A stretch of 64,000 nucleotides of DNA from Guillardia theta CCMP2712. Its lineage: Eukaryota; Protista; Cryptophyta. Position numbers and translations under genes: made by a program. The notes beneath the pieces were generated by a model. The model did not search any database and was not told the DNA's origin. It was given only the letters and a program-made list of their open reading frames with translations. Below are positions 12,807-26,243 of this stretch, piece by piece; the stretch's first letter is position 1; every line of letters begins with the position of its first letter. The stretch is taken from the NCBI RefSeq assembly GCF_000315625.1, contig NW_005434667.1, positions 1,133,474 to 1,197,473 on the forward strand. The letters run 5' to 3'.

Positions 12807-15029
12807 ATGGCAGCGGAGAAAGCGCGATGGCTTGCTCGTCTGGGCTGTCTGATAGCAGCACAGCAAGAGGAAGAGGAAGCGAGTCAGTCAGACAGCGAGC
12901 AGAAGGTCAGCCTGTCAAGCAGCAGCGAAATCAAGTACGTGAGGGCGATGCATCGGGCACAGAAGCAATCCACTGAGTTGTTGAGGACCTTGTTTCATGC
13001 CGTCGTGAATCAGCGTAATGCTGATGAAGGTGTTTTGCTGGAGGAATGTCTGCAGGTCCCGAGACATTGTTGTTGACGATTCTAGTTTCTGCCATTCACC
13101 TGATGTACAGGCTTATGACGAGATTGAACGAGCACGAAATCAGATCAAGGTTGAAGCAGACCAAGTTTATTTGAACCTGTTCTCTTCAATCCTCTCCGAA
13201 ATCGAACGATTTGCAGTCACCAATCACTCAACATCTCAACAAGACGGCAACGAGATAGGAAAGATCGTCTTATCTCTGGTAGTACAAAACATCCAAGTTC
13301 TTTCCCGATGATTGCTGCAGAACATCATGGATACCGCCAACATATTTGATGCATGTTTGGAACAAGAAATAGCATGCGGCATAAAACCACAAATTTCTGA
13401 TGTAATCCTTCACCTTCTCCACTCTCGCTTACCCGCGTTTTACAGTCTGGAAACGTGGAAATCGAGAACAGTGTCAGACGTACCTGCTGATAAGCTCTTC
13501 TTCAGACTAACACTTGGCATATTGACAGGCCTTGGTTCACTTCTAATCGAGTCCAAGAGTCAGCATCGTCTGGTTGAAGACATGTTGTGGGAAGAACGAG
13601 TACAGCTTCATAGTTCTCATATCTTCAAAGCTAACAAAGTAGTGCAGGCCAAGTGCGAAAAATTGGAGTCCAGGCTCCGCAACTTGCAGCATCGTTGTAC
13701 TTCTTTAGAGCGCAAGTTCCAAATCTCGAAAGAGAGCGGAAGGGACGATGGAAGTCTCAGTTGTTCTGAAGATAACACATTCCAAGGATTTCAGAGCCCT
13801 GGCGAGGATTTCAGCAATATCCTACCTAGTCACGAGTCGCTGACACCAACCAAGTTTGACAACCTTGGAGCATCCAGCACTCTACAGGAGCATGTCAACC
13901 AGCATTTCAATAAGTACCCCAGCGACAAAATAGAAGACTTGCAAACGTCTGCACAAGAGCATACTGGATCGAATCTGCATCCTCTCACACACAACAGCGT
14001 CGTCGTTGACACTGCAGAGGATAGCGCAACTGACGTTTCTCCTCAAAAATCTTTTGCTTCAATTCTGAAAGACTTCAGAAGATTATCAGGAAAGGAGCCC
14101 AAGAAAGCAGAACAAGAGCAGGATCCCTCCGAAGTGGAATTACGACAGATTTTTGGGATCAGGTTGTCACAATCATATCCCTTCACAATAGAAGAAGCGC
14201 AGTCGGAACACGTGAAGCATACTCTGCCGGTAATGCAATCAAGGGCGAATGATTGTTTTACTATGGTACAGGCTGGTAGCATTCTTGTAGGCATCAATGG
14301 CAAACGAACTAAACAGATGGCTCGCAAAGAAGTCCTTCAACACTTTCTGCAAGGAGATGTCGTACTGCAGGTATGCTTCATTAACAAGGCTGGATTCTCA
14401 TTCCTCACTCAGGTGCTGTCAAGCAACAACGACGTCGTCAGCTCTCGCATGGTTAAACCACCTTTTGCAGACAAGCCGCGTCACGTTTGGGCGTATAGCA
14501 TACATTTGATGCGTGAAAACAGTTTAGAATGAAGTCCATCTCAAGAAACCAGCAATCAAGATAATTTCAAATACAGAACTGCTTTATTCTTCTCAGCCTA
14601 CAGGGGTACAGATTACAAGTTTACTTGTACCTGCAATGAAAGAATCTCAGAAGAAAAATCATCCAATGCAACAGCTACCAGAAGTTTTGCTTCTTGGAAA
14701 ATCCAGTGGTGTGGGTAGGGTTCATGTCTCCACCATTGACTCCGTCCACACGATGGTAGAAGGCATAGCCGTTGTCGTTGCCACTGGGCCACTTATGTAT
14801 AGTCAAACATTTGCATCATGACAAAGAGGAAGAAACTCACGAAGTCGAGATCTTCCGTGGTTCTAACGTTAGCGAAAGTCTGCAACACCTGAAACATCTA
14901 ACAAAGCTGTCAAGCGATCGAGACAAGGAACCGCAACACTACTTGAAATCATCTCTGATCGGACTAGCATGCTCCATTGACATGTATCAACTAGGAGGTG
15001 CAAGGAGCAATGCAAACACAGAGCACTGA
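12807..15029 (+). CDS. Hypothetical coiled-coil protein with a PDZ-like segment (multi-exon; 3' end uncertain)
   Basis: ORFs 12777, 13018 and 13312 can be joined by short introns. VQAGSILVGINGKRTKQMARKEVLQHF resembles the C-terminal half of a PDZ domain. Confidence 0.6.
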
Positions 15030-15539
15030 CTAGACTCCCAGCATCATGGGGGACATTCGCAGGAGTGCGCTTCTACTTCTATCACACGGTCTCGCTGCAG
15101 ACATGGCATCGACTGTTCTATTTCCGGAGTCAAAAAAATTTCAAGAAACTAGACCGCATCCCCACTCAAGATGGATACTACTGCCAGGCACCTGACTGCC
15201 AGGCTTGAGCTCAGGGCAGAGCTCAGGGTGCGTGCCGCCGGGCCAATCGCCGGGAGTGCGGTGACCGACAGCCTCGGGCCCGGCTGCTCCGATCGGACTC
15301 ACGACCCGCCGGGCCTCTACAAGACGGTTTCGAGGCTCTGATCGTCACGCTCAGCCTCAGCCGGGCGCTCCGATAGCGCACAGATTGGCGGCAGCATCGC
15401 GCCGATCGTCGATCATGGTCACACAGTACTACAACGGTGGGGGGCCGCTGGCCATCAGCTGGACGATAGTTCAAGGGCTTGACTCCTGGACAGCTGCGCC
15501 CGGCTCGGTACGCTGATCAGCTTGTAGCCCCGACTGGCA

Positions 15540-16545
15540 CGATGAAAAGAAAACAAGAACTATGAAGTACCAGCGCAGATTTCGCACGGCAGAGTTGAAT
15601 TGATTCACAACTTGATTCCGCTCCTTTATTCCCTTTCGTTTTCCCATCGCTATACCGACACGGCAGTGGACTTTCCTAGTTGTGTGCAGCATCTGCTTAT
15701 CATACATACAACACGAATCGTTTTCACAGCATGGCAAAGCAGCAGATTAGCTGCACCTGAGAATGAGGTCAGAACCTACTTCGAGGGCACAAATGCTGTT
15801 TCACATTGAAGGAAATCCAGGTTGATAGTCGGTGTTTACTGTGACAGTTGTATCGATAGTTCCGACCTGGTGAAAGACTTACGAGACAAACCATCGCACT
15901 CCAGGCTTACTGCTGGCTCGTTCCATAGATCAGTGTCTCCGCTGACCTGTCAATAGCAACTTGAGGGATACGGAAAAGTCGGAAGAGCAAGGTCACCTCT
16001 GATTCCGTGATTGGCTGTCTTCTATCGGCCATGGCATCGCACGCTCCTGAACCTCAAGTAAGGTCGTCCGTATAGATCAACATAGATCTTTGAGCGAGTC
16101 AAAATCACCAAAAGCATCGACGGTCATGAGTGACTGCAACTTCCTCACGATGCCAAACTGTTGTATTGGTTTCAGCTGATTGATCGAAGAGCATGCGCCA
16201 AGATACATGCAATCGAAGCAGGTTTACATGTGCGAAGATATCAAGGTAATGACGCAAGACCAAGGACAATCAAACAAAGACATCATCGCTGTGACGAACA
16301 AACATGATAAGTTTAGTGTTCCTATCGTGAGTTCATCAAGAGGTTTCAAGGCAAACAAGTATTCTATTCTAATGGAGTTCAACATATCAACACGGGTAAG
16401 GATCATATTTGTCATGAAAGAATATCTTTTCCCAGCAAGAATGCTCCATAAATTTCATTTGTTCGGCAGAGTATCGCTCACCATGGCTCCCGATTTGGAC
16501 AGAAACGGAAATGTAACCGAGAACTCGTTGTCAACGGTAAAGTAA
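15540..16545 (+). CDS. Hypothetical protein (many small exons)
   Basis: The last exons lie in ORF 16180-16545. Upstream there are short exon/intron alternations. No family recognised. Confidence 0.35.
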
Positions 16546-16690
16546 CTGAAATCGTTGACAAAACAACGAGTCAAAGGGTGGGGTGGTTGATTATTTTAAG
16601 GGGTATGTTTCTGGTCAATGATAGGGGTGATATGGTACCTTATGGTTGGTGGGGTGGCCAGGGGAGATGGGGGTGGAGAGAGCAACGGAC

Positions 16691-18088
16691 ATGGCGGGGG
16701 TCGATGGTGGTGATCGGCCATGCTGGCGGCTGCAGATGCACCGGAGAGGAGAAGATGTGCCAGATCCGCATGGTCCTCCTTCATGGCCGAGACGACCTCC
16801 TGACATGGGAGGGTTCCTGTCATCGATTGAAGGAACTGAGCGGAGAGGGAGGAAGCATTTGTACGATCCGCCATCAGGATATGTGAGTGCTCCTTTATAT
16901 CCCTTCATCTGCACACTCCCGCATAATCCTTGCTCTGCAACCCAAAACAGAAGTCTATCTACTTCCTTTTTTTTGCCTATTAACGAGTGCTTGCCGCCTC
17001 TCACGTTTCTCATCAGATGCCGCCAATCAACAGGGAACAGGTCTGGAAGTCGACGAGCAAGTTTGTGCAAGAACCGAATAGAATCAGCAACCAGAAGACA
17101 GGCAGAAAGTTTGTGGAAAATGTGAGTATCACTCAATTGGCTTTGCTTCTTCCTTGAAGTCTGATCATATCACACAGTTTGCTCAACAGAATCGGGTTGA
17201 AGATTTGGGTTGGACTGGTAACTTCAACAACTACACGGGCCCTCGCCACTATGATCCAAAGCCGACGACTCTTCATCCTGATGACAAATCCAAGTCTTTC
17301 TATGTAGAAAACATGATGGGAACGAAGAAGGTGGTCCTCTCGAAGGATATGGGATTGAAACTGTACTACGACGATGGGGAAAGGCGGTGCGAAAGACCAG
17401 CCACGGAGTGGTCTCTTGAATCACTGATACAGCGAAAGATTAGAGTCCCAGATCTTGAAGATAGACGAAATGGCATCGGAGTTGCAAATCCTGGCGACAA
17501 AGGTTATGGGACAGCGGATCATGCGCCCGAGTATGCAGCCATGTTGTTGGAAGAGAACATGAGAAGGGGAAACATGTCTAGAAAGGTGATGAGTACCATA
17601 GGAAAGTCCTGGTCGCAGTCATCTTCCGATGTGAACTTGGATAAGAAGGGACGCAGAATGAGCGATTACATTCAGATCTACTGCAAAACTCCTTACCGGA
17701 AGAACTCCATGTACATTCATCGAAATGCAACGACCAGCGAAATAGCGGATCTGGCGGGAGGTAATGCCATGCCCTTGTTTGTTTCGTTTGTGTAATGTGT
17801 ATCCTTGAGAAATCTTGTACTGAAACGTTCATGACAGAGGGAGGATCTCGGAAATTTCATATTCTTTTCAAGGGCAAGATAGTCCAACCACATCATCGTC
17901 TACTAGAGCTGGGAATTCGTGCCAAGAGCACCGTCGAGCTGATCCTCGAGCCCGAGCCGACTGAGCACAAGATGACATACGTTGAGAAAGAGAACCTGCG
18001 GAGGATTGAGGAAGATGTAGAGACAGTTAAGGAGCTGACAGCAGCAGAGTCAAGATTTCCAACGTCCCAGGAAGAGAAAGAGGACTGA
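16691..18088 (+). CDS. SPATS1/SASRP1-like protein with an inserted ubiquitin-like domain
   Basis: RRNGIGVANPGDKGY..APEY and the C-terminal TYVEKE..EEDVETVKEL resemble SPATS1 motifs as I recall them. IQIYCKTP...ILFKGKIVQPHHRLLELGIRAKSTVELIL has a beta-grasp/UBL pattern. Confidence 0.6.
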
Positions 18089-18229
18089 TAGAGTACATAT
18101 AATTGATGATTTGGTTTAGTTAATCACAGCTCTTTGAATCTACATGGCAGTGTAAAATATGTCCAGTAATGTTTCACGGGATCCTAATGTCCGTTAGAAT
18201 GTGATTTAGTAACCGGGCCTGAGTGGAAG

Positions 18230-19828
18230 TCAGTTGCCTGGAAAGGATAACAGGGATTCCCTTGCCTGTGCAGGAGTCAAATTCAGACGATCTGCAGTCT
18301 GATGCAGATTCGAAAATGACGTGCCGTCGATTTGCAACGCATCGTCAATCTGTAAATCGCTTATAAGCCACTGCAGGAAACTTTTTGTTTGTGCAGAACT
18401 CCACGAGAGAATCTGCAAGAAAGATCAAGGTGCAATCGTGGCAAACGACAAGCGTAACCTCTGGAGGTAGATACGGCCACGGAATGACTCGCGATGATCG
18501 ATACGCTCTTGATGACTCCTCCTGTATCTCCTCCTCGCCTGATGTTGAAGGTTCGGCAGCGGTGTTGAGAAGAAGTTTTAGAAACAGATAAGTCTCGTTC
18601 GATTTGACTTGCGAGAAAGGCATCTTGTATTTTCGCTTGACAATGAGCTCAAGCTTGTCAGAGTATGATGATTTGATTGTCGATTTGATTATGTTCATGC
18701 TTTCCTGCCACCTGAATGACACAACCATGAGTTTCTTCTCCTCCTGACCAAAAGCTCACCTCCTGTTGACCAGGCATTCAGCATTGACCGCCACGAGCTC
18801 GTCGCGCAATCTGAATGGTACATCCTCGTCCAGCACATGGAGAATCGGTTGAACTTTCTTCACAAGAATTGCCATTCTGTGTGATGTGGAGGTGATAGGT
18901 TCAATTTTTGATGTCGGCGACGTTCTAAACCCCTCAGGTGCTACTTCACAGCAAGTAGAGATCTGATTAAGCCCAACAGTGATTCCTAGCTCGCTGATCA
19001 ACTCCTTGGCCGTCTCATCATCCGAGCTGCTATGATGCTGCTCATCAAGTGAATGTCTGTACGATGGTTGAGTTTCAATGACTGTTGCTGGAGTGTCCTC
19101 CGAGTTCGCGGATTTTTCCTTGCTGTACATTCCAGGGAGTGAGAAGAACGAGATGGTTTGAATAGGAGCCATACCGGTTTTGTGCGATAAACTCTTCCGA
19201 AGTCAATAGGATCTTCTTTTGGCGCCGGACTTTGGAAGTAGCAAGGTAATATTTTACCTGTCGAGATGCATTATTATTAGTGCAGATTCAAGAAAACAGC
19301 AAAGGTGTAAGTTAAAAAATTCCACCCTCTCCGAGGCATCAACATCTTCTTCTGTCTAACATTGAGATATGTTTGAGAGGTGTGCATCCTTATTGTCTTT
19401 GGATCTCAACATCAAACCTTTCTTCTTTCCTGCTCCATCGCAATCATCACAATGCTTACCACGTCCTTCATGTGGTCGCCATCTTGTGTCGTTCCCCCAG
19501 AAAGGGTGTTGAGGGTGGGGTAGCATCGACACCCGTTTGGATGACATTGGTCGTTGCGGAAATGTACCGGGTACAAGAAATAAACTACCCTACCCTCGGA
19601 TTGCTTGCATCGGTGATTGAGATTCAATCGGGGGACAAGACAGTCGCAACACCTTGACTGATATCCTTGGGGTCGATTATTTCTGCCCCAAATTCTTGAC
19701 TATGTCTTGCTCTGAGGTGAACTTAGCACCAGCACCCAACAGCAGCGATCTTGTCAAGGTTTTTACTGAGTCTTGAAGCGAGTCTTGAAGCGAGTCTTGA
19801 CTAGTTTGACTTGTTTAATCTCCATCAT
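18230..19828 (-). CDS. Hypothetical protein with a PDZ-like domain (multi-exon; ends approximate)
   Basis: ILVKKVQP...FRLRDELVAVNAECL...ESMNIIKS...KLELIVKR resembles PDZ. Covers ORFs 18756, 18345 and 18230. Confidence 0.5.
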
Positions 19829-19874
19829 GACAATAAATAAAACATCAGGTTTCGTCGCATGTCAACGTGACACA

Positions 19875-20694
19875 TCAATCATCATCATCATCATCGGAAT
19901 TGTCTGAGACCGATGTGTCTGACAACGTCACCGAAGTGACCGAAGTGACCGAAGTCGCTGATAAAGTATCTTGTGACTCCTCCTCCTCAGCCTCCACCTC
20001 CTTCTCCGCGGTTTCTTCAGATGTCAATGCGCATGATTTCGCCATTTCCTCCCTCGGTGATGGTCTGCAGGGCAGATGAGAACGAGCTTGTATCGGAGAT
20101 CACTCACCTGATTGTTGGATCAGAGTTCTCAACAAACGTTTCGTTGTCCACGAAGTTGTGCAGGTATGACAAGACGTCGTAGGCCGCTGCGCTGGCATCC
20201 CTGCAGGCATGCATGAGCGCTACATCCCACACAGCCGGCGCGTACGCAGGAGAGGAGGGGTCCAAGGAGACTTGAATGTAAACTTCGATCACCCGGGAGT
20301 TTGCGATCTCTCGGAAGGAGTTGACGGTGTAGTCCTCATAGCAGAACTCCGGAGAGCTGTTGGGGGACAACAATCAAATCATCGGAGAGAAGAGGTCGCA
20401 GGTCGCAGCGGGAAGAGGAGGAGGGGTTCAGTGAAGTGATGAGCTACCTGCAGTGCAAGCAGACGGTGGAGATGGCTCTTGCTCCCTCCTGTCTGAGCTG
20501 GTAGGGCCCCGTGAGGCAAAGGGAGATCACTGCGCTCAACCCCCCTCGCTCCAGCACGTATCGCACAGTCTGCGGCTCTCCGCCGTAGATGACCGCGGCG
20601 ATGGTTCGCATGCCCTGGAAGGTGAGGATGAGGGGGGCAGGAGTAGAGAAGTAGAGAGAGAGAGAGAGAGAAAGAAGTAGAGAGAGAGAGAGAG

Positions 20695-20742
<48 letters not shown>

Positions 20743-23700
20743 AGAGAGAGAGAATGTTCGGAAAGGAGGAGAAAAAAGTGACGGAGGTGGAGGAGATGAG
20801 GGAGGAACAACCTGCCATTCGAGGTGTCGAGGCCTCTCTGAACTTCTCTCTGCCAGCTGCTCTGGTGTGAGCGTTTCTTCCGGGAGCGCACGGAGGATGT
20901 AGCTGCGCAACGACAGACGGGATATCTCCTTCTCTCCCCTGCTGATCCTCAACAAGTCTTTGAGGGCCTTTCTTGCGCAGAACTCGGACGCAGCGTGATC
21001 TTGAGCAGCGAAGTACATCAAACTCTTGCATCCTTCATAGACGATGGTGTAGTCGTCTGTGTATCCTTGAGCGATCGTTTCCAGGAGGTAGTCAAGCACG
21101 TTGTCTTGCATGAGACTCTTCTTCACCTCCATCAGCTCCCTCCCCTCGAAGTTCTTGATGAACATCCCGATGGCAGCGCAGGCAAGATTCTCAACCGTCT
21201 TGCCGACGTCGCTCTCTCGTATCTTGATCAGATCTCGAGCGATGTGCTCCTTCACCAGGTACTTCATCTGGTCAGCAAGGTGAGACAGCGCCGCGATGAT
21301 CATCATGCTGTTGGTGATGACGAGAGCCTCTTGCCGCCTCACGAGGATCAGCAGCGCGTCCAGCAGCCCCAGGTCGCAGACTTTGACCGCATGCTCGTCT
21401 CTCACGCACATGTAGAAGATGCAATTCAGAGCCCTGCCCACCACGTCCTCTCTCTGCGCAAAACTCGCCAGGTCAACCAGCGTGACCGGCAGGATCGGAT
21501 GGTTCAAGACAACTTGTAGCAGCTTCGGCTCGTGGCAGAGGAACTTCGAAAGGACTTGCATTGCAGCTGACTGCAGCTCGTCATGCCTTGCTCCGATCAT
21601 CTTGACGATGTACTCGAGTGCGTTATCCTGGATGAGCTTCTGCCTCCTCTCTGGGATCTCAGCGAGAGTCCAGAGGACTCGAGCAGCAATGCTCTGGATC
21701 CTAATGTCATCGACGAGGAGGAGCTCGAGAAAGGCTCCTGTCATGGAGGAGATGGAATCCTCTGCCAGGACGATCTCGGAGACGATGGGGTCGGACAGCA
21801 TGTTGGACAGCAGCTGACACCCCGAGCTCTTGACTCGAGAGTTGGATGAGGCAACCATGTTGCCAATCACTGCCAGACCTCCGATGGAAATGAGATGCAT
21901 CTGAGCCGCAGAGTCGTTCTCGCACCATCTTCCCAGCGCTTCACAGGAGGCAGCCTGAGCGAGGAAGGATGAGAATCATGTCAGACTTCAAGGCTCTTTT
22001 ACCTCCACATGCACACTCTCCGAGTGCAGGACGCTGTCGAGAAGGACATGCATGAAGTTGCGATGCGTCAATGCTGCCTTGCCCTCTGCCGAGTAGAATG
22101 CAAGGTTACCCACGAGGATGAAGCTCAGCCTCTGAAGGTCCTCGTTTGGCAACCTAGAGAGGATGGGTCAGTAGGGTCTCACAAGTCTGGATGACGCCAT
22201 ACTGGGTGAAGGAGGAGATTCTGTCCCAGATCTCGTCGTAGGTTGCGATCTCCTCTGCCTTGACTGGGTTGCAGCTCAAGTCCCGCAGCTCGGTGAGGCT
22301 CGCCATTGCTCGTTCAGGGTGAGAGAGGTCGACGATCTACCTCGCTGTTGTCAACGGGGCAGGAAGAAGACGTGAAGTACCAGGCCTGCGACACTTGAGT
22401 GCGTGGAGAAGGAGAAGCTGTGGACGGTGCTCGACGCTCTCCTCCATTTCAACAGCCATGCGATTTCAAACTTGCCGGCAAGATATTTCCCGATCTCATC
22501 CACGTGATCTCTGCAGCATAAGTGAGGAAATCAGAAGCAATGACGAAGAAGAGCTCACTTGCTCAGTGCAGCTCGGTACGCAATCAATTCCGCCAGGTTT
22601 CCATCAAAGAAGTGATGCCTTTTATGCTCTGAAAGGATGCCCTCTACCTCCACCACGCTCCTCCCAAGATATATCTGATCGATAGAGAGATCTATGGCCT
22701 CGTTCTCTTGGCTCCTGACAGAAGAGTTCCTTGAGGACATTCTGCTCTTCATTCTCTGCTTGATCGGGTCGTTCTTGTCGTCTACCTCTGTTACCAGAGT
22801 CCCAGGAGCGATAGCATCGCACTCGTCACCGTTGATCCACCATCTGACTCCCGTCTTTTCCTTCCTCACAGCAATGATCTGCGTCCTTTCCATGTCCACG
22901 TTGAGAGGAGACTGCCTAGCGACGTTCCCGAACAGCAGGGTGTAACATGATTGCCCTTCTTTGAGGTCAGCGCTGATTTCAATCCTGAACTTGTTGCTGG
23001 TATCGATGGCAGCCTGTCAGAAAGGTCAACTTGCAGAAGCGTGCAAGGAGAATCATTCACTAGCAGAGGCCAGGGCGCCGATCCCTCAGTGCATCGAGAC
23101 AGGACGACCACGAAGATTGTGAAAGAGGAGTCTCGGATATCACCTGGTTGCGTATTACATGTGCTCCCTCTACCCCTTTCACTCCTTTGGTTACCACTCA
23201 GCATGTCAAAGAACATGCTGTTGCCAGCCAGGCATAAGAACTGGCTCTTGCCATCGAAGCTTATCACAGGATGGATTCCTGTGTGCCATGGAATGAGTTG
23301 AGTGAAGAGAGTGGAAGAGGTTCAGCTTTGCTATGGGGTAAGATTGTCACCAGCTCGATTTCTGTGAAAGGTGGGCCTCAACTCAGCGATTTCTTGAGAC
23401 GCGCGCTCAGGGCGAGCAGCAGGGATAGGTGTGACTGGCGGATGCCATCCGGTCCTCCACGGTCGTGCTGTGCAGTAACAATTCAGAGCAGTTTGACGGC
23501 TGAGATCATAACGCACCCTCGTCTTCGATCGCCTCTACTCGACCCTTCTCTTGCTGTCCCCTCCTTTCAAGCTGTAACCCCAGCGTCACCATTCCTGCCC
23601 GCATGAACTCGGAAATTTCATTCGCGACCTGCTCGAGATTGAACCAGAGCGCCAGAGATGGCTCGTTCCTCCATGGAAGGGGCTTGGATCTTACAGGCTG

Positions 23701-23854
23701 CGGAAGATGAGCATCCGACGATGATTGAGAGTCGAGCTACCTCCTTGTACGCTAACAATGGCCTTGAAGGGAGAAAAGTGAAGGGGCCTGGACGCCTCCT
23801 GTTTTTCGGTCACTAAATGAGTTTTCAGTGCTTGCCCGGGCCGCTTAGTGGCAT
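19875..23854 (-). CDS. LamG/concanavalin-like beta-sandwich + armadillo-repeat protein (multi-exon; start uncertain)
   Basis: N-terminal LamG-like motifs: LALWFN, ISFDGKSQFL, SFTIFVVV, VRWWING, YLGR...FDGNLAELIAYRAALS. ORF 20536-21900 has tandem ARM-like helical repeats (GGLAVIGNMV.., AARVLWTLA.., ALEYIVKMI..). The tail is acidic. Confidence 0.72.
20644..20752 (+). repeat. (GA)n microsatellite inside an intron of the ARM gene
   Basis: Directly visible; it lies between minus-strand splice sites near 20617 and 20815. Confidence 0.9.
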
Positions 23855-24078
23855 ACCACCCTTGCTTCTCCTCTCTCTGTCTCTGCTCTCTCCCTCCTCT
23901 CTCTGTCTCGCTCGGACCTGCGTGTCGTCATCCGGCCATGGCTTCAGTATGAAAGATGTTCAACGGTTGTGAGATCCAAAAAAAAACATCATGGCACCGG
24001 TGTATGAGGGCGATGAAACAAAACGAGGGCGATGAGTATGTCGGGTGGGGGATGAGGGCGTGTGCGCGAAAGGGCAGC

Positions 24079-25891
24079 ATGGCGAGGGGGAGGGTGATGG
24101 TGGTGATGGCTGCCGCCGCTGCCTGCTGCATCGCCATGTCCTTGTACTTTAAGGTGACATAGAAGATGTTCTGACTGCATGTTGACTCTGACTTGTTGAT
24201 GGCAGGGCGAGGGAAACGAGCTGGTGGAGTCCGACTTGCACGTTTACCCAGTGGATGCCAAGGCTGTAAGGCAATATTTGAGCCACCAGCAGGATAGTTC
24301 TCTTCATAGCAAACAGGCGAAAGTGAGAGCATCTCACGCAATGCTCAAATCACAAAGAAAATCTCGAGCAAGGAATGCAGTACCCCGCGACCGATTGCGA
24401 ATCGTGCCCAGGAGGCAGTCGCAGATGTTGTCGGATGACGTGGATGCGCTTGATGGTAGTCAAGGTGTCGTCCATGCTGAGCCATTGGAAGATCCCACCA
24501 CTCAACCTGAGAATGTCTACACTGTTGCCGGTACGTCATTCCCGACCAACCTCAACCTCGTTGCTCCTACTCAGTACGCAGCGTCATCGGGGAGTGAAGA
24601 GAGCCCAGCCAACACTGAGAGTGAGGAGGCGGCTCCTGCTTCAGACGACTCCAGAGGCAGCAGTGAAAGGCCATGCACGGGTCCAGTTCGACATACCGAT
24701 ACAGACGATTGCGTGGCGAAGAAAGCCATGGCGCAGGCATTGCAGGCCGAGAAAGATGTCATGTCTGTAGACAGCAACATCGACACGACATCCAAGCACA
24801 TTTCATCTGTGGAGCAGTGGGAAGAAGATGAACATGATACGATCAAGAAAGATTTGACAAGGAAGTTCCATGCTTTGGATCGTCTTCTCAGGAAGCAAGA
24901 CCGATTGCTGGACACAACAGATAGGCGAATCACGAACGGGGACCAGATTGCATCATCAAAGATCAAGCTGTTCAAGAACGATGAGATTCAGCATGTAGAA
25001 TCGATCATCAACAGGGCAGAAAAACTAGAAAGCGAGGTAAGCCGTGTCTTGCCGTTACTCTCCTGTGGGATCATAACTGTGGGTCATAACTTGTGTGTGG
25101 CAGGGTAAATTGATCTCACAAATGCGAGGTCCTCCCGGCTTTCCAGGGCCTCCAGGGCCCCGTGGCGCTCAGGGCGCTCAGGGTATACAGGGGCCGCGCG
25201 GACCTCCCGGGGATGAAGGCACTCCTGGAGAAGTGGGAAGACGAGGTTAGCCCAGCGACTGTACCTCTTTCTTTGTTCATGGGCCCTGACTCTGACGCTG
25301 ACTCTGACTCTGACTCTGACTCTGACGCTGACTCTGACTCTGACTCTGACGCTGACTCTGACTCTGACTCTGACTCTGACTCTGACTCTGACTCTCACTC
25401 TGACTCTGACGCTGACTCTGACTCTGACTCTGACTCTGACTCTGACTCTGACTCTGACTCTGACGCTGACTCTGACTCTGACTCTGACGCTGACTCTGAC
25501 TCTGACTCTGACTCTCACTCTCACTCTCACTCTGACTCTGACTCTGACTCTGACTCTGACTCTGACTCTGACTCTGACTCTGACTCTGACTCTGACGCTG
25601 ACGCTGACGCTGACGCTGACGCTGACTCTCGTCCTCTCCTCACTCCTGTCGTGCAGGTCGAGGTGGAAGCCCAGGGCTGGAGGGAAGAAGAGGACCGGCA
25701 GGACACTACGCGCATCTGCGGGTGATCGGCGACAATTCCAATCAGGTCCAGTGTTGATTGCGTGGTGAATGGTCGGCTGACAAGGATGGCAGGGAGAACG
25801 TGAGCAGCAATCTTACGAGAAGTTCAAGCGAAGCCTGGACATTATGAATAGCATTATTGATAGGTTGAAATCTGCTTCACAAAACAAATAA
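24079..25891 (+). CDS. Secreted or type II membrane protein with a coiled coil and a short collagen-like (Gly-X-Y) domain
   Basis: Hydrophobic N-terminus [58 protein letters not shown]|[16 protein letters not shown] keeps Gly-X-Y register across intron 25246-25656. Confidence 0.75.
25287..25628 (+). repeat. (GACTCT/GACGCT/CACTCT)n hexamer microsatellite, intronic
   Basis: About 57 hexamer units inside GT-AG intron 25246-25656. Confidence 0.92.
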
Positions 25892-26243
25892 CATCTTTAT
25901 TGAACGAATCCATCTGCTCCTTGTTGGATACAGCTGTGAGACCAAACGCGCAGTCGATGAACAGAGACATAGTAGACAGAATCTCTGAACCCTTGACCAC
26001 GCGCTATTCTCAGCCAGTCTTGTCGTCTTTATTTAATGCCTTGTAACTTAAGAAGCAAAAGTGCGACTATCTGACCACTCTCCTCGTTCCTCCCATCCCT
26101 GTCTTGTCTTGATCTTCTGCATCCTCTTCTTCTCCCCTCGCACTTGGCTCAACCAGAGAACTGGAGGTTGTTTGGCGGGTCCATGGTGAAACCAAAAAAA
26201 AATTCAAGATTAGTCACAGGGCTCATCAAGGGGCGAAATAGAA

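Noticed and set aside
25162-25725. Ser-Asp repeat ORF resembling staphylococcal Sdr/Clf adhesins (possible HGT)
   Set aside because: The repeat lies inside GT-AG intron 25246-25656, and removing it restores the Gly-X-Y register. It is a (GACTCT)n microsatellite.
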